A DNA stretch of 64,000 nt. Origin: Acidimicrobiia bacterium (GTDB taxonomy: Bacteria > Actinomycetota > Acidimicrobiia > Spongiisociales > ZC4RG35). Below are positions 18,306 to 28,800 of the stretch, piece after piece (the stretch's first letter is position 1; each line of letters opens with the position of its first letter). The position numbers and the translations under genes are program-made. The DNA lies in assembly GCA_965215185.1 (NCBI GenBank), contig OZ244034.1:2759844-2823843 (forward strand). Direction: 5' to 3'. Below the pieces are notes generated by a model. The model did not search any database and had not been told where the DNA came from. It worked only from the letters and a program-made list of their open reading frames with translations.

Positions 18306-19245
18306 AGTGCCAGGGAAAATTATCGAACCGGGGACGGCGCTTTTCCAAGAAGGCATCGCGGCCCTCGGCGGCCTCATCGGTGCCGTAGGCCAATCGGGTG
18401 GCTTCCCCGGCGAAGATCTGCTGTCCCACCAGGCCGTCATCCACCAGATTGAAGGCGAATTTGAGCATCCGCTGGGCGGTGGGACTTTTGGAGGTGATAA
18501 TCTGCGCCCATTCCAGCGCCACATTTTCCAACTGGTCATGAGGGACCACCTCGTTCACCATCCCCATCTGCTTGGCTTCTTCGGCCCGGTAGTCCAAGCC
18601 CAGAAAGAAGAGTTCGCGGGCTCGCTTCTGGCCGATCATTCTCGCCAGATAAGCTGACCCGTAACCGGCGTCGAAGCTGGCCACATCGGGATCGGTTTGT
18701 TTGAAGATGGCGTGCTCTCCACAGGCCAAAGTAAGGTCGCACACCACATGAAGGCTGTGACCACCGCCCACTGCCCACCCGGGGACTACCGCCATTACCA
18801 CCTTGGGCATGAACCGGATGATGCGCTGCGCCTCCAGGATGTGAAGTCTCCCCAGACGAGCCGGATCAACGGATGGTCCATCGACGCCGTCGGCGTATTT
18901 GTATCCGTCCCTGCCCCGGATCCGCTGGTCACCGCCCGAGCAGAACGCCCATCCTCCGTCGCGGGGAGAGGGTCCGTTCCCGGTGAGAATCACACACCCG
19001 ATCCGGCTCCACTGCCGGGCATGTTCCAAGGCGGTGATCAACTCGTCGACCGTATGGGGCCGGAAGGCGTTCCGTACCCGGGGACGATCAAAGGCGATCC
19101 GAACCGCCCCCACCCCCACAGCCCGATGGTAAGTAATGTCGGTAAAGGAAAAGTCCGGTACCATTTCCCAGGCAGAGGGGTCAAAGTGCTCCGAAACCAC
19201 GTCAAGAACGAGATTACTTCGCAAACAGGCCTGCGATAAACTCAT
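18301..19245 (-). CDS. menB: 1,4-dihydroxy-2-naphthoyl-CoA synthase
   Basis: FDRPRVRNAFRP, FCSGGDQ, GGGHSLHVVCD, FDAGYGS and EGRDAFLEKR motifs. The true start may be slightly downstream. Confidence 0.96.
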   Translation of the reverse strand: MSLSQACLRSNLVLDVVSEHFDPSAWEMVPDFSFTDITYHRAVGVGAVRIAFDRPRVRNAFRPHTVDELITALEHARQWSRIGCVILTGNGPSPRDGGWAFCSGGDQRIRGRDGYKYADGVDGPSVDPARLGRLHILEAQRIIRFMPKVVMAVVPGWAVGGGHSLHVVCDLTLACGEHAIFKQTDPDVASFDAGYGSAYLARMIGQKRARELFFLGLDYRAEEAKQMGMVNEVVPHDQLENVALEWAQIITSKSPTAQRMLKFAFNLVDDGLVGQQIFAGEATRLAYGTDEAAEGRDAFLEKRRPRFDNFPWHY

Positions 19246-19265
19246 AGCAACCCAGGAGAGCCACC

Positions 19266-20477
19266 ATGCAAGTGCTAATCGCAGATAGATTTCCCGAAAA
19301 GTTCCTGCTGGAGATAGAGAAGCTCGGGTACAAATACCAGCTTCGCCCCGATCTCATGGGTTCATCCCTTCGGGAAGCCCTTTCTGGTGTGCAGGTGCTA
19401 TTGGTGCGATCCACCGAGATATCGGCTCGGACCATTGAAGCAGCCCCCGATCTGGGGTGGATTATCCGGGCAGGCGCCGGCTACAACACCATCGACTGTG
19501 AGGCTGCCGCCCGGCGGGCCATTTGGGTGTCCAATGTTCCCGGCCGCAACTCCATCGCAGTTGCGGAGTTGACGATGGGGTTAATTCTGGCTTTGGACCG
19601 ACGCATACCCGACAACGTGATCGCTATTCGCCAAAAGCGGTGGATGAAAAAGGAGTTCTCCCAAGCCCAGGGGTTATATGGGAAAACCCTGGGCGTAGTG
19701 GGGATGGGTCGCGTCGGCATCGAGGTGGCCAGACGCGCTCTTGGGTTTGGTTTGAAGATCTTAGCCCTTGAGAAGTCCCGCTCGCTAAAGACGAGACTTC
19801 AGAAGGAGGAGTTGGGGGTGATTTTTGTGTCCCGGCTGGAGGATCTCTTCGAGAAGTCGGACATCGTGAGCCTTCACATTCCGGCCACACGGCACACCAG
19901 AGGGATGGTCTCGACAGATTTGTTGTCTCTGATGAAGCCCGGCTCTTTCCTGATCAATACCTCTCGCCCGGCAGTGGTGGACGAGCCCGCCTTGGTTGCG
20001 GCGCTCGATCGACAGGACCTATGGGTCGGAATTGATGTTTTCTCCGACGAGCCGGCCTCGGTTTCCGGGAATTGGGATTCGGCGCTGGTGAGCCATCCCC
20101 GTGTATACACGACCCACCACATCGGCGCCTCCACCCAGCAGGCCCAGGAGTCCATAGCCGCCGAGGTGGTGAGGATGCTGGAGAACTATGCGTTGGGGCA
20201 GATTAGTAACGTAGTGAACCTGGGCGTGTTGCCGCCGACCGGGACTTTTCTAACCATTCGTCACAGAGACAAGGTGGGGGTGCTGTCCGGAGTCTTGATC
20301 GCCATGAGATCGTTGGGGCTCAATGTGCAACATATGACGAACCAGGTGTTCAGTGGCGCGGGAACCGCGGCGGCGGTCATACAGGTGAAAGGAGAGACAC
20401 CGGAAAACATGGTGGCTGTGCTGGAGAATCTGCCCCACATCTTGGGTGTTACCACCCAACGCAGCGAGCAAATGTGA
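19266..20477 (+). CDS. D-3-phosphoglycerate dehydrogenase-like D-2-hydroxyacid dehydrogenase with C-terminal ACT domain
   Basis: IRAGAGYNTID, GVVGMGRVG, INTSR, DVFSDEP and HIGAST motifs, plus ACT HRDKVGVL. Confidence 0.88.
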   Translation: MQVLIADRFPEKFLLEIEKLGYKYQLRPDLMGSSLREALSGVQVLLVRSTEISARTIEAAPDLGWIIRAGAGYNTIDCEAAARRAIWVSNVPGRNSIAVAELTMGLILALDRRIPDNVIAIRQKRWMKKEFSQAQGLYGKTLGVVGMGRVGIEVARRALGFGLKILALEKSRSLKTRLQKEELGVIFVSRLEDLFEKSDIVSLHIPATRHTRGMVSTDLLSLMKPGSFLINTSRPAVVDEPALVAALDRQDLWVGIDVFSDEPASVSGNWDSALVSHPRVYTTHHIGASTQQAQESIAAEVVRMLENYALGQISNVVNLGVLPPTGTFLTIRHRDKVGVLSGVLIAMRSLGLNVQHMTNQVFSGAGTAAAVIQVKGETPENMVAVLENLPHILGVTTQRSEQM

Positions 20478-21658
20478 TGGAAGGCTGGCTGCAGCCGGCC
20501 CAAGTCCGGCTAGTCTCACCCAAATTCGCATGGCGGGTGGTTTCTCCCGACTATGACTCTATGACTCGCTATGAGATCTACCGGTGGGCCTCGGAGAACC
20601 CTGATTCGTTTTGCAACGCCTTCGCCCCCTCGGCGAGTTGGCCCAACCGTTCCTTCCAGGAGTTGATGAACCAGGCCGCCGACTATGTGGAACGTCAACT
20701 CCGCAAGGGAGCGTTCGGTCCGTTGTTGGAGGGGCTGTTTGTGTATCGGATCACCGAAGACGGTCACCGCCAGACCGGCGTGGTGGGAGATGCGCCGGTG
20801 GCGGCCGTCCCGAAAAGGCTTGTTCCGCATGAAGCCACCCGCACCGATCGGGAGGAGGAACTCTACAACTACATGGGGGAAGTGGGTTACAGCTCCAGTC
20901 CGATGGGGCTGGGCTACCCTCCCCAGGCGCAGATCCACCAGATGGTGGAAGAGACCTGTGAGCACACTCCTAACGTGTCAGTGACCCTTGAAAACGGGTC
21001 CCTGCATCAAATCTGGGTAATCCCCCCGGACATGACTGCCCGCCTGCTGGGGGAGTTTGCCAAGATTCCCAAGGCGTATATCGTCGACGGACACCATCGG
21101 GCCGCCGCCTCCGTTCGTCATGCCACCCGGTGGGGCGCAGATCGCACTCACCCGGCCGGGAGGATGCTGGTGGCGGCCTTTCCAACAGATCAGCTTTGTA
21201 TAAAGCCTTATCACAGATGGGTGGCGGAAGAAATAACTGGGGAACGGTTGCAGCGAAAGGTGGGGGCGGTAAGGACCGCGGTGCGTCCCGCCACCATGGG
21301 AGAAGCGGTGGCTGTTACCGGTGAGGGCTGTTGGTCGATCAAGTTGTCTCCCGGCCCAGGAGAAATGGATGCGGCGGCCCTCTACCGCAACGTCCTATAT
21401 CCCGGGTTGGATGTGATCGACGAGCGCACGGATTCCCGGATGGGTTTCATTTCCGATCGGGAAGGTCTGAAGGGAGTGGTAAACCAGGTGGCCGAACATG
21501 GAGGCATCGGCTTCATGCTGGCCCCCGCCACCATGGAACAGGTGATTCACGCCGCCGACCAAAGGCTGCCCGTACCCCCTAAGGCAACCTTTTTCGTACC
21601 CAAGCCGCGCTCGGGGTTTTTCCTGGCTCCCCGGCACGGAGATCATTTTCCCGCCTAG
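20477..21658 (+). CDS. DUF1015 family protein
   Basis: PHEAT, YIVDGHHRAA and PPKATFFVPKPRSG motifs; coupled to the serA-like gene, a common pairing. Confidence 0.85.
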   Translation: MEGWLQPAQVRLVSPKFAWRVVSPDYDSMTRYEIYRWASENPDSFCNAFAPSASWPNRSFQELMNQAADYVERQLRKGAFGPLLEGLFVYRITEDGHRQTGVVGDAPVAAVPKRLVPHEATRTDREEELYNYMGEVGYSSSPMGLGYPPQAQIHQMVEETCEHTPNVSVTLENGSLHQIWVIPPDMTARLLGEFAKIPKAYIVDGHHRAAASVRHATRWGADRTHPAGRMLVAAFPTDQLCIKPYHRWVAEEITGERLQRKVGAVRTAVRPATMGEAVAVTGEGCWSIKLSPGPGEMDAAALYRNVLYPGLDVIDERTDSRMGFISDREGLKGVVNQVAEHGGIGFMLAPATMEQVIHAADQRLPVPPKATFFVPKPRSGFFLAPRHGDHFPA

Positions 21659-21680
21659 TTGGCTTGGGGGAAGTTTTCTT

Positions 21681-22841
21681 TCAAAGCTGGTCCCACAGGT
21701 TGCCGGCAGCCAGGTCGATAGCGGTCCAAGCCATAGCCACGGCGCCGTCAAAAATCGCCTGGTGGCCGTCCGGAGTGATGGTTTGGCGGGTGAAGTCGGG
21801 TTGGTGGTTGCCGATAGGAGCGCAATGGAGGGAAAGCATGGGGTGGATGGAGGGAACCACCAGGGAAACGTTGCCCATGTCGGTTGAACCGGCTTCCGAT
21901 GGTGACAGGTCGGAACCCTTTCTAAGCGGCCGACCCAAAGCGGCGGAATTGGCGGCGTAAAGTTTGGTTAGGAGGGGATTGCTGACCAGCTCGGTGTAAC
22001 CGTGCCCGAGGGTCTCGATCTCCACCTGACATCCGGTAGCCATCGCGGCCGCTTCGAAACAAGCCATAACGCGCTCTTTCAAGACATCGAGCCGCTCGAG
22101 GTCCAGAGATCTGACGTACCACTTGGAGCGGGTCAACGCCGGGATAATGTTGGGCGCCTGACCGCCTTCGGTGATAATCCCGTGGATCTTGTCGGTGGGC
22201 AAGATGTGCTGGCGGAGAGTAGAGAGGTTGACATAGGCCTGCACAAAGGCGTCGAGGGCATTGAGACCCTGGTGGGGATATGCGGAGGCGTGGGCTTCCT
22301 TGCCGTGGAAGACAACGTCCAGTTGAGTGATGGCCAGAAAGGGGGCGTCCACCACATCCCGGGGAGCGGGGTGAATCATCATGGCGGCGGAGGCTCCTGC
22401 GAAAGCCTGGGCGTTGATCAAGTCCACCTTTCCGCCGAATGCTTCTTCGGCCGGCGTCCCCAGCACGGTGAGTCGGAATCCCAGTTGCTCTACCACGGGG
22501 AGTAGCGCCAATCCGGCTCCCACCGCCGCCGAGGCGATGATGTTGTGCCCGCATGCGTGCCCCACGTCGGGAAGTGCGTCGTATTCGCAGCAGATAATCA
22601 GTTCGGGTCCGTCACTGCCGGCGCGGGCGGCAAAGGCGGTTTCCAGACCGTAGGCGGGATACTCCACCGTGAATCCGTATCCCCCCAGGACTTGGACGAG
22701 TCTCTCGGAGGAGAGGTGCTCCTGGTAGGCCAGTTCCGGATGGTCATAGAGCCAGCGATTCAGTTCCTCCAAATTAGGTTGCTGGTCGACAATTCGTTCT
22801 TTGGTCTCTTCTTTGAGAGCAACATTTGCCGGGTCGGACAT
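21681..22841 (-). CDS. M20 family amidohydrolase (Acy1L2-like)
   Basis: HPELAYQE, CEYDALP..GHACGHN, GTPAEE, MIHP and GSTDMGNVS motifs. Confidence 0.9.
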   Translation of the reverse strand: MSDPANVALKEETKERIVDQQPNLEELNRWLYDHPELAYQEHLSSERLVQVLGGYGFTVEYPAYGLETAFAARAGSDGPELIICCEYDALPDVGHACGHNIIASAAVGAGLALLPVVEQLGFRLTVLGTPAEEAFGGKVDLINAQAFAGASAAMMIHPAPRDVVDAPFLAITQLDVVFHGKEAHASAYPHQGLNALDAFVQAYVNLSTLRQHILPTDKIHGIITEGGQAPNIIPALTRSKWYVRSLDLERLDVLKERVMACFEAAAMATGCQVEIETLGHGYTELVSNPLLTKLYAANSAALGRPLRKGSDLSPSEAGSTDMGNVSLVVPSIHPMLSLHCAPIGNHQPDFTRQTITPDGHQAIFDGAVAMAWTAIDLAAGNLWDQL

Positions 22842-22979
22842 GGGTGGAGGTTTCCTCTCTGAAATTGGACCACGGGCCGATGGCCTGCGGCTTGTCAAGG
22901 CCAGATTACCAAAGCGCCGGTTTCACCTCTGCGACAGAAAAGGGGGGTGGCTAACCTCCGCGAAGTGGCGGTGAAGTAG

Positions 22980-23447
22980 ATGGATCTGTCGGAAATGGGG
23001 CTTTCCGGATTGAAACCGTCTGTGGAATTCGCCTTCCTGGCTGACGCTATTCAAGTAGTGGGAGGAAAGCTGTTCGCCCTGGGAGGGGGTTGGGATCAGT
23101 TGCTGGTGAGCCAACTCCCCACCCGGCACTCATCAATGGGCATCGGTATGCGAATCACCTTTCCCTGGGGATGGGACAAATCTCCGGTGAGTATGGGTGT
23201 GGATCTCCAGGACCAGGATGGCAGGAGCATCCTGGGTTCCCGAATGCCCCAGCGAAAACTGCCAGTCAAGTCGCCTTCAGGTTTTGCCCCTGGATCGGTC
23301 TTCGGATATCCAATGGCTTTTACATTCAACTCACTTCCTTTTGAGGCGGAGGGAGACCATTCCTTCGTGATCTATCTGGAAGGCGAGCCGGTTCATCGAC
23401 TGCGATTTACCGTGCGCGAACGCAAGAGGCGCCTTCCGAGGGTCTAG
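22980..23447 (+). CDS. Hypothetical beta-sandwich protein (DUF6941-like)
   Basis: FAFLADAIQVVGGKLFALGGGWD N-terminus and F..EGDH.F C-terminus; own intergenic context. Confidence 0.6.
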   Translation: MDLSEMGLSGLKPSVEFAFLADAIQVVGGKLFALGGGWDQLLVSQLPTRHSSMGIGMRITFPWGWDKSPVSMGVDLQDQDGRSILGSRMPQRKLPVKSPSGFAPGSVFGYPMAFTFNSLPFEAEGDHSFVIYLEGEPVHRLRFTVRERKRRLPRV

Positions 23448-23457
23448 GAATAACGGT

Positions 23458-24081
23458 TTGAATATGACCAAGATAAAGGCGGTTCTATTCGACTTGGGAG
23501 GGGTGATCTTAGAATCACCGCTTCACACCCTTTTCTCTTTTGAGGCTGAACAGGGGCTTCCCCCGGGGTCAGTAGGGCGAATCGTTTCGAACGGAGGCGG
23601 AACGGGTGCTTGGGCCCGTCACGAACGGGGAGAGATCAGCGCCGAGTGCTTCTATCGCTGCTTCGGCGAAGAAGCCCGACAAATGGGGTTGGATTTGGAC
23701 GTTGCGCAGATGATGAGGAGAATCGAATCCGGCGTAGGTGTGCGGCCCCTGATGGTGGCGGCGGTGCGCCGACTGCGGAGAGAGGGTTTCCTGGTCGGGG
23801 CTGTCACCAACAACTGGAAAGGGCTGGATATGACTTCGGCGACGGAGAATTTCGAGATGGTTGTGGAGTCCTGGGTGGAGGGGGTCCGCAAGCCCGAACC
23901 CGAGATCTATCGCCTGGCGCTTTCCCGGTTGGGAGTGGAGGCTGCCGAAGCGGTGATGCTGGACGACATCGGGGCCAACCTTAAGACGGCCCGCCAGATG
24001 GGCATGGCCACCATCAAAGTAACCGATCCCACCGCTGCCTTGGAGGAGTTGGGCGCGCTGGTGGGAGTTGCACTCCCGTAA
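23458..24081 (+). CDS. HAD-superfamily phosphatase
   Basis: FDLGGV, TNNW, RKPEPEIY and LDDIGANL motifs. Confidence 0.9.
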   Translation: MNMTKIKAVLFDLGGVILESPLHTLFSFEAEQGLPPGSVGRIVSNGGGTGAWARHERGEISAECFYRCFGEEARQMGLDLDVAQMMRRIESGVGVRPLMVAAVRRLRREGFLVGAVTNNWKGLDMTSATENFEMVVESWVEGVRKPEPEIYRLALSRLGVEAAEAVMLDDIGANLKTARQMGMATIKVTDPTAALEELGALVGVALP

Positions 24082-24099
24082 AGAAGGAGCCGTTATCAA

Positions 24100-25230
24100 A
24101 TGATTCTTCCATCGCTGCCGTCTGCCTACCGGGAACAGTTTTGTGAGCCCTTGGGGTTCATGAACTCGGCGGCCATCTCCAGCGTTTCTAGATTGGTGCA
24201 AAGCCGAGTGGCAGATTATGTGGCGGAGTTTTGCTCCGCCAACCAGAATCTCAGCACCCTCCTGATGGAGGCGATGCAACAGGGGCGACAGTCGCTGGCG
24301 TCTCTGTTGGACGTGGAGGTTGATGGGGTAACCGTTACTCACACCACCGGGTCGGCGATCTTCCATGTCGCCTTCGGTTTGAGGGGCGGGAACGTGGTGG
24401 CGCCAGAGGGGGAGTTCCCCACCAACCTCTATCCGTGGATTCGGGCTCAGCAGGCAGGTCTGATCGATGAAGTACGCCGGGTTCCATTGCCGGATCATCG
24501 GCTTACCCCTGATAGTCTGCGGCCCTTCGTCGACTCGTCCACCCGGGTGGTGGCGGTCAGCCATGTTGATTTTGCTACCGGGTTCCGCACCGATTTGGGG
24601 AAGCTTCGGGAGGCTTTCCCAACTCCGCTGCTGGTGGTGGACGCCATTCAGTCCCTGGGCGCCTTCGGGGTGGATGCCAAGGCGGTGGATGTGGTGGCGG
24701 CGGGCAGCCACAAGTGGATGAGAGCGGGATTCGGAGGCGCGGTGATGATGGCTTCCGATCGCGCTATGCAACGCTTGACGCCGACCCTCACCGGATGGAT
24801 GGGTGTGGCCGATCCACTGGACTTTCAGGCCCCTCCGCCCCACCCTCCCTCCCCATCAGCCACCCGGTACCAAATGAGCAGCGATCCGGTGATGGGGGCG
24901 GTAGCGCTGGCCACCGCCTGTGAAGTGATCAATCTGGCCGGGCAGGCAGCCATCAGCCGTCGTATCTCGGCGACAGTGGACAGGCTGGAGGAGGAGCTGG
25001 AGAGAGCCGGGTGCGAACTACGCCGGCCATGGAAGAACCCCAGCGAGAGGGCGGGGATCCTAACTTTCCGGGTACCGGGCCACCCATCTGGACAGGTGGT
25101 CGAGGATATGCGAGAACGAGGAGTGGTGCTGGCTGATCGAGCCGGATGGGTGAGAGTTTCTCCGCATGCCACCACCGCCGAGGAGTCCATCGACCTACTT
25201 TTGGAGGGGCTGTCTTCCCTGTTGTCTTAG
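24100..25230 (+). CDS. Class V PLP-dependent aminotransferase / C-S lyase family
   Basis: EFPTN, VSHVDFATG, VDAIQSLG, GSHKW (PLP lysine) and RVSPH motifs. Confidence 0.88.
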   Translation: MILPSLPSAYREQFCEPLGFMNSAAISSVSRLVQSRVADYVAEFCSANQNLSTLLMEAMQQGRQSLASLLDVEVDGVTVTHTTGSAIFHVAFGLRGGNVVAPEGEFPTNLYPWIRAQQAGLIDEVRRVPLPDHRLTPDSLRPFVDSSTRVVAVSHVDFATGFRTDLGKLREAFPTPLLVVDAIQSLGAFGVDAKAVDVVAAGSHKWMRAGFGGAVMMASDRAMQRLTPTLTGWMGVADPLDFQAPPPHPPSPSATRYQMSSDPVMGAVALATACEVINLAGQAAISRRISATVDRLEEELERAGCELRRPWKNPSERAGILTFRVPGHPSGQVVEDMRERGVVLADRAGWVRVSPHATTAEESIDLLLEGLSSLLS

Positions 25231-25328
25231 GAGAGACAAACACAAAAAGAGAGCCGCGGAGTTTTCAGTCGAGACGGCGCACTTATCGGATTTGGCGACT
25301 TGAGGTTCCCCACTGGATCGGAGTTTTT

Positions 25329-25772
25329 CTAAATGGCGGCTGCATCGTCCAATTCGGCTACCCGTTCAGCAACCTCCAGGGGTGGAAGGGTGCTGTCTAC
25401 GGTGGTCTGTTCGGGGACGTCGGCGGTGGGGACCGGGTGGTTGGCGACCCAGATGACCCTCCGAACCCCAGCTTCGGACGCGGCCTGCGCCCACTGGGCC
25501 AACAGTTGCGGGGCGTCGGCGGCGAAAGATATCTCTCGTCCGTCATGGACGGCTTCGCAGACCAAGACGGCGGTGTGACAGCGGAGGCATGCTGCGGACA
25601 GGTGTGAAGTGTCGGAGATGTCGCCCAGGGCCACCTTAACTCCCGCCTCTTTGAATCGGGCCCCCCGGAAAGGATCGGAGACAAATGCCCGGACCTCCCG
25701 GTCGGGGTCAGTCACCCGGTCGACAATCATCTCGCCGGTGGGAGTATCTGCTCCAACCACGATCACCGGCAC
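25329..25772 (-). CDS. Short NAD(P)-binding (NmrA/NAD(P)H-binding) protein
   Basis: VIVVGADTPTG, VALGDISD and AGVRRVIWV Rossmann-type features. Confidence 0.7.
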   Translation of the reverse strand: MPVIVVGADTPTGEMIVDRVTDPDREVRAFVSDPFRGARFKEAGVKVALGDISDTSHLSAACLRCHTAVLVCEAVHDGREISFAADAPQLLAQWAQAASEAGVRRVIWVANHPVPTADVPEQTTVDSTLPPLEVAERVAELDDAAAI

Positions 25773-25897
25773 CTTTCAACACCTCCTGAGTGGGCTTCCC
25801 CGGCTTCGCTAGCCGGAATCCTGGGTTTTGGCGTATGCGATTTCCATTAGTTTAAATGGATTCCTGCTAATAGGGGCTATTGGAGTACTCAGGTCTA

Positions 25898-28800
25898 ATG
25901 AACAAACGCAATTCCCGCTTTCACGACGCCTGTGGGGTGGGCCTGATTGCGGATCGGAGTCTGGCGCCTTCCTATCGGCTGACCAGGCTTGCCGTGGAGT
26001 GCCTGGTGCGGCTCGATCATCGCGGGGCCAAGACCGCCGACGGCACGGGCGATGGCGCCGGTCTTCTCACCCAGATACCCCGTCGGCTACTCAACCGGTA
26101 CCTAAGCGGTATGGGGGTCACTGCTCCCAAACGTCTGGGAGTGGTAATGGCGTTTCTCCCCGCCGAAGACCCACGGCCGGGAGAGGAATTGGTCGAGGAA
26201 GCCCTGTTGAAGGAGAAAATGCCTCTATTGGCATGGCGTTCCGTACCCACCGATCCCGATTCTCTCAGCCCCCGCGCCCGCCGGTTGATGCCCGTCATTC
26301 GCCAGGCTTTGGTGAGCCTTCCCGGTGATCTCGATTCCGAAGATGTCGAAAGACGCCTGTTTCTGGCCAGAAAGCGTATGGAGAGGACAGGGGAGAGTCT
26401 CCAGTCCTTTTCGATCCCCAGTGCCTCGGCCCGCACGGTGGTGTACAAGGGTCTTTTCACTGCCAGGCGAATCAGCGACTTCTACTGGGACTTGGTGGAC
26501 CCCGATTATGAGACATCCTTCGCCATTTTCCACCAGCGCTATTCCACCAACACCTCCCCCGCCTGGGAGATAGCCCAGCCTTTCCGGTCCCTCGCCCACA
26601 ACGGGGAGATCAACACCATCTCGGCCAACCGGAGCTGGATGAAGGCGCGGGAGCGCAGTGTTCGTTCCCGAATCTGGGGAGACCGGCTGAAAGATCTGCG
26701 TCCCTTTGTGCAGCCCGGCCTTTCGGATTCCGCCAGCCTGGACAACGTGTTCGAGTTGCTTTTGCGCTCCGGACGTTCCCTCTCCCATGTCAAGGAGATG
26801 CTCATCCCACCGGTTTGGGATCAGGTTTTCACGGTTGAACCTGAGATACAAGATTTCTATGAGTACCACTCCTCTTTGACCGAACCCTGGGATGGTCCGG
26901 CGTCAGTGGCGGTCACCGACGGAATCTCACTTCTGGCCGGTATGGACCGAAACGGCCTGCGCCCGGCTCGTTGGACGATCACTCCCGACATGCTGATAGT
27001 GGCTTCGGAAGCGGGGGTGTGTCCGTCGGAGGAAGCGAAGGCGGAACGCACCGGGCAACTGGGTCCGGGGGAGACGGTCCTCTTCGACGGGGAAACCGGA
27101 CGGATCCGGTTCAGCGACGAGATTCGCGCCGAATTGAGTGGGCGCCGCCCCTACGGGGAGTGGACAGAGCATCAGACCCTCTACGTCCAGAAGCCTTTTT
27201 CTGCCCATGAAAGGTTCGAGATAGAACATGAGAGACTGTGCCGGGTGTTCGGCTACACGGCGGAGGAGCATCGTCTGATCCTCGCCGATATGGCCTTGGG
27301 TAAGAGCCCGCTGGGCTCGATGGGAAGCGATACCCCTCTGGCCGCTTTCTCCGGGCGTCCCCGACGGCTGAGCCATTACTTCCATCAGCTTTTCGCGCAG
27401 GTAACCAATCCCCCCATGGATCCCATTCGAGAGAAAGCCATGATGTCTCTGCGAACCTATCTGGGAGGGCGGGGATCGTTCTTGGCGGACAGCTATCGAC
27501 CCTTCGCCCGAATGGAGCTGATGTCTCCAGTGCTGTCCCTCGCCGAACTGGAAATGGTGGTGCGATCCGGCGATCCACGCCTGTTCTCGCATTGGATTCC
27601 GTGTGTGTGGCCGGTCGAGGAAGGCCAGGAGGGCATGAAACGGAGGCTCGACCAAATCTGTGAAGAGGCGGTGGAGGCCACCGAGCAGGGAGCCAGCATC
27701 ATCGTGCTGTCGGATCGGGAAGTCGACTCCGCCCATGCCCCGACGCCCATGATGTTGGCGGTGGGGGCGGTGCACCGTTGTCTGATCGAACGTGGCCTGC
27801 GGCTGCAGGTCTCCATAGTGGCGGTGTCCGGAGAGACTCGCGACAGCCACGATCTGGCCTGTCTGGTGGCCTACGGAGCATCGGCCGTCAATCCCTATTT
27901 GGCGATTCGTGAGATCATGAACATGGCCCACGACGGTGTGTTGAGGGTGAACCCGGTGGAGGCCCAGGAAAACTACCGGAACGCATTGCAGAACGGCCTT
28001 TTGAAGGTGATGTCCAAAATGGGGATCTGTACGGTCTCCGCCTACCGAGGAAGCGAATTGTTCGAAGCGCTGGGACTGGACACCGAGGTGTTGGAGTTTG
28101 CCTTCCCCAACACGCCCAGCAGGTTGTCGGGCCGGGGCTTTGATCACCTAGCCTGGAATACCCTCCGTTTGCATTCCCTCTACACGTCGGGGACGGAGGA
28201 TCCGGGGGGTTTCTACAAGCAGCGAGGAAGGGGAGAGTTCCACGTAACCAGTCCCAGTGTGGTGCTTTCCTTGCAGAGGGCGGCCCGGTCGGGGAACCAA
28301 GAAGACTGGGACCGCTACCTGAAAACGATCCAGCAGCGACCCGTCACCCACATTCGTGATCTCTTGACATTCGTGGAACAGACCCCGGTTCGTCTCTCGG
28401 AAGTGGAGCCGGCCGAGTCCATAATGCGTCGATTCGTGACCTCGGCGATGTCTCATGGCGCTCTTTCCAAGGAGGCGCACGAGGCCTTGGCTCAAGCCAT
28501 GACCCTTATCGGAGGCAATTCCAACTCCGGCGAGGGTGGAGAGGGCCCCGAACGCTATGGCACGCCGCGCAACTCTTCCATCAAGCAGGTGGCGAGCGGG
28601 CGTTTCGGGGTGACTCCCGGATATCTCCACTCGGCCTCTGAACTGCAGATCAAGATGGCCCAGGGATCCAAACCCGGAGAGGGCGGCCAGTTGCCGGGAC
28701 ATAAAGTATCTCCGGAGATTGCCCGGCTGCGCCACACCAAGCCGGGGGTGACCCTCATCTCCCCCCCACCCCATCATGACATTTATTCGATCGAGGATCT

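Noticed and set aside
23569-24843. Long shadow ORFs (this 424-aa one; also 1381-2352, 6087-7145, 26927-28147 and similar)
   Set aside because: They are antisense or off-frame to well-supported genes, have no family motifs, and are expected in high-GC DNA.
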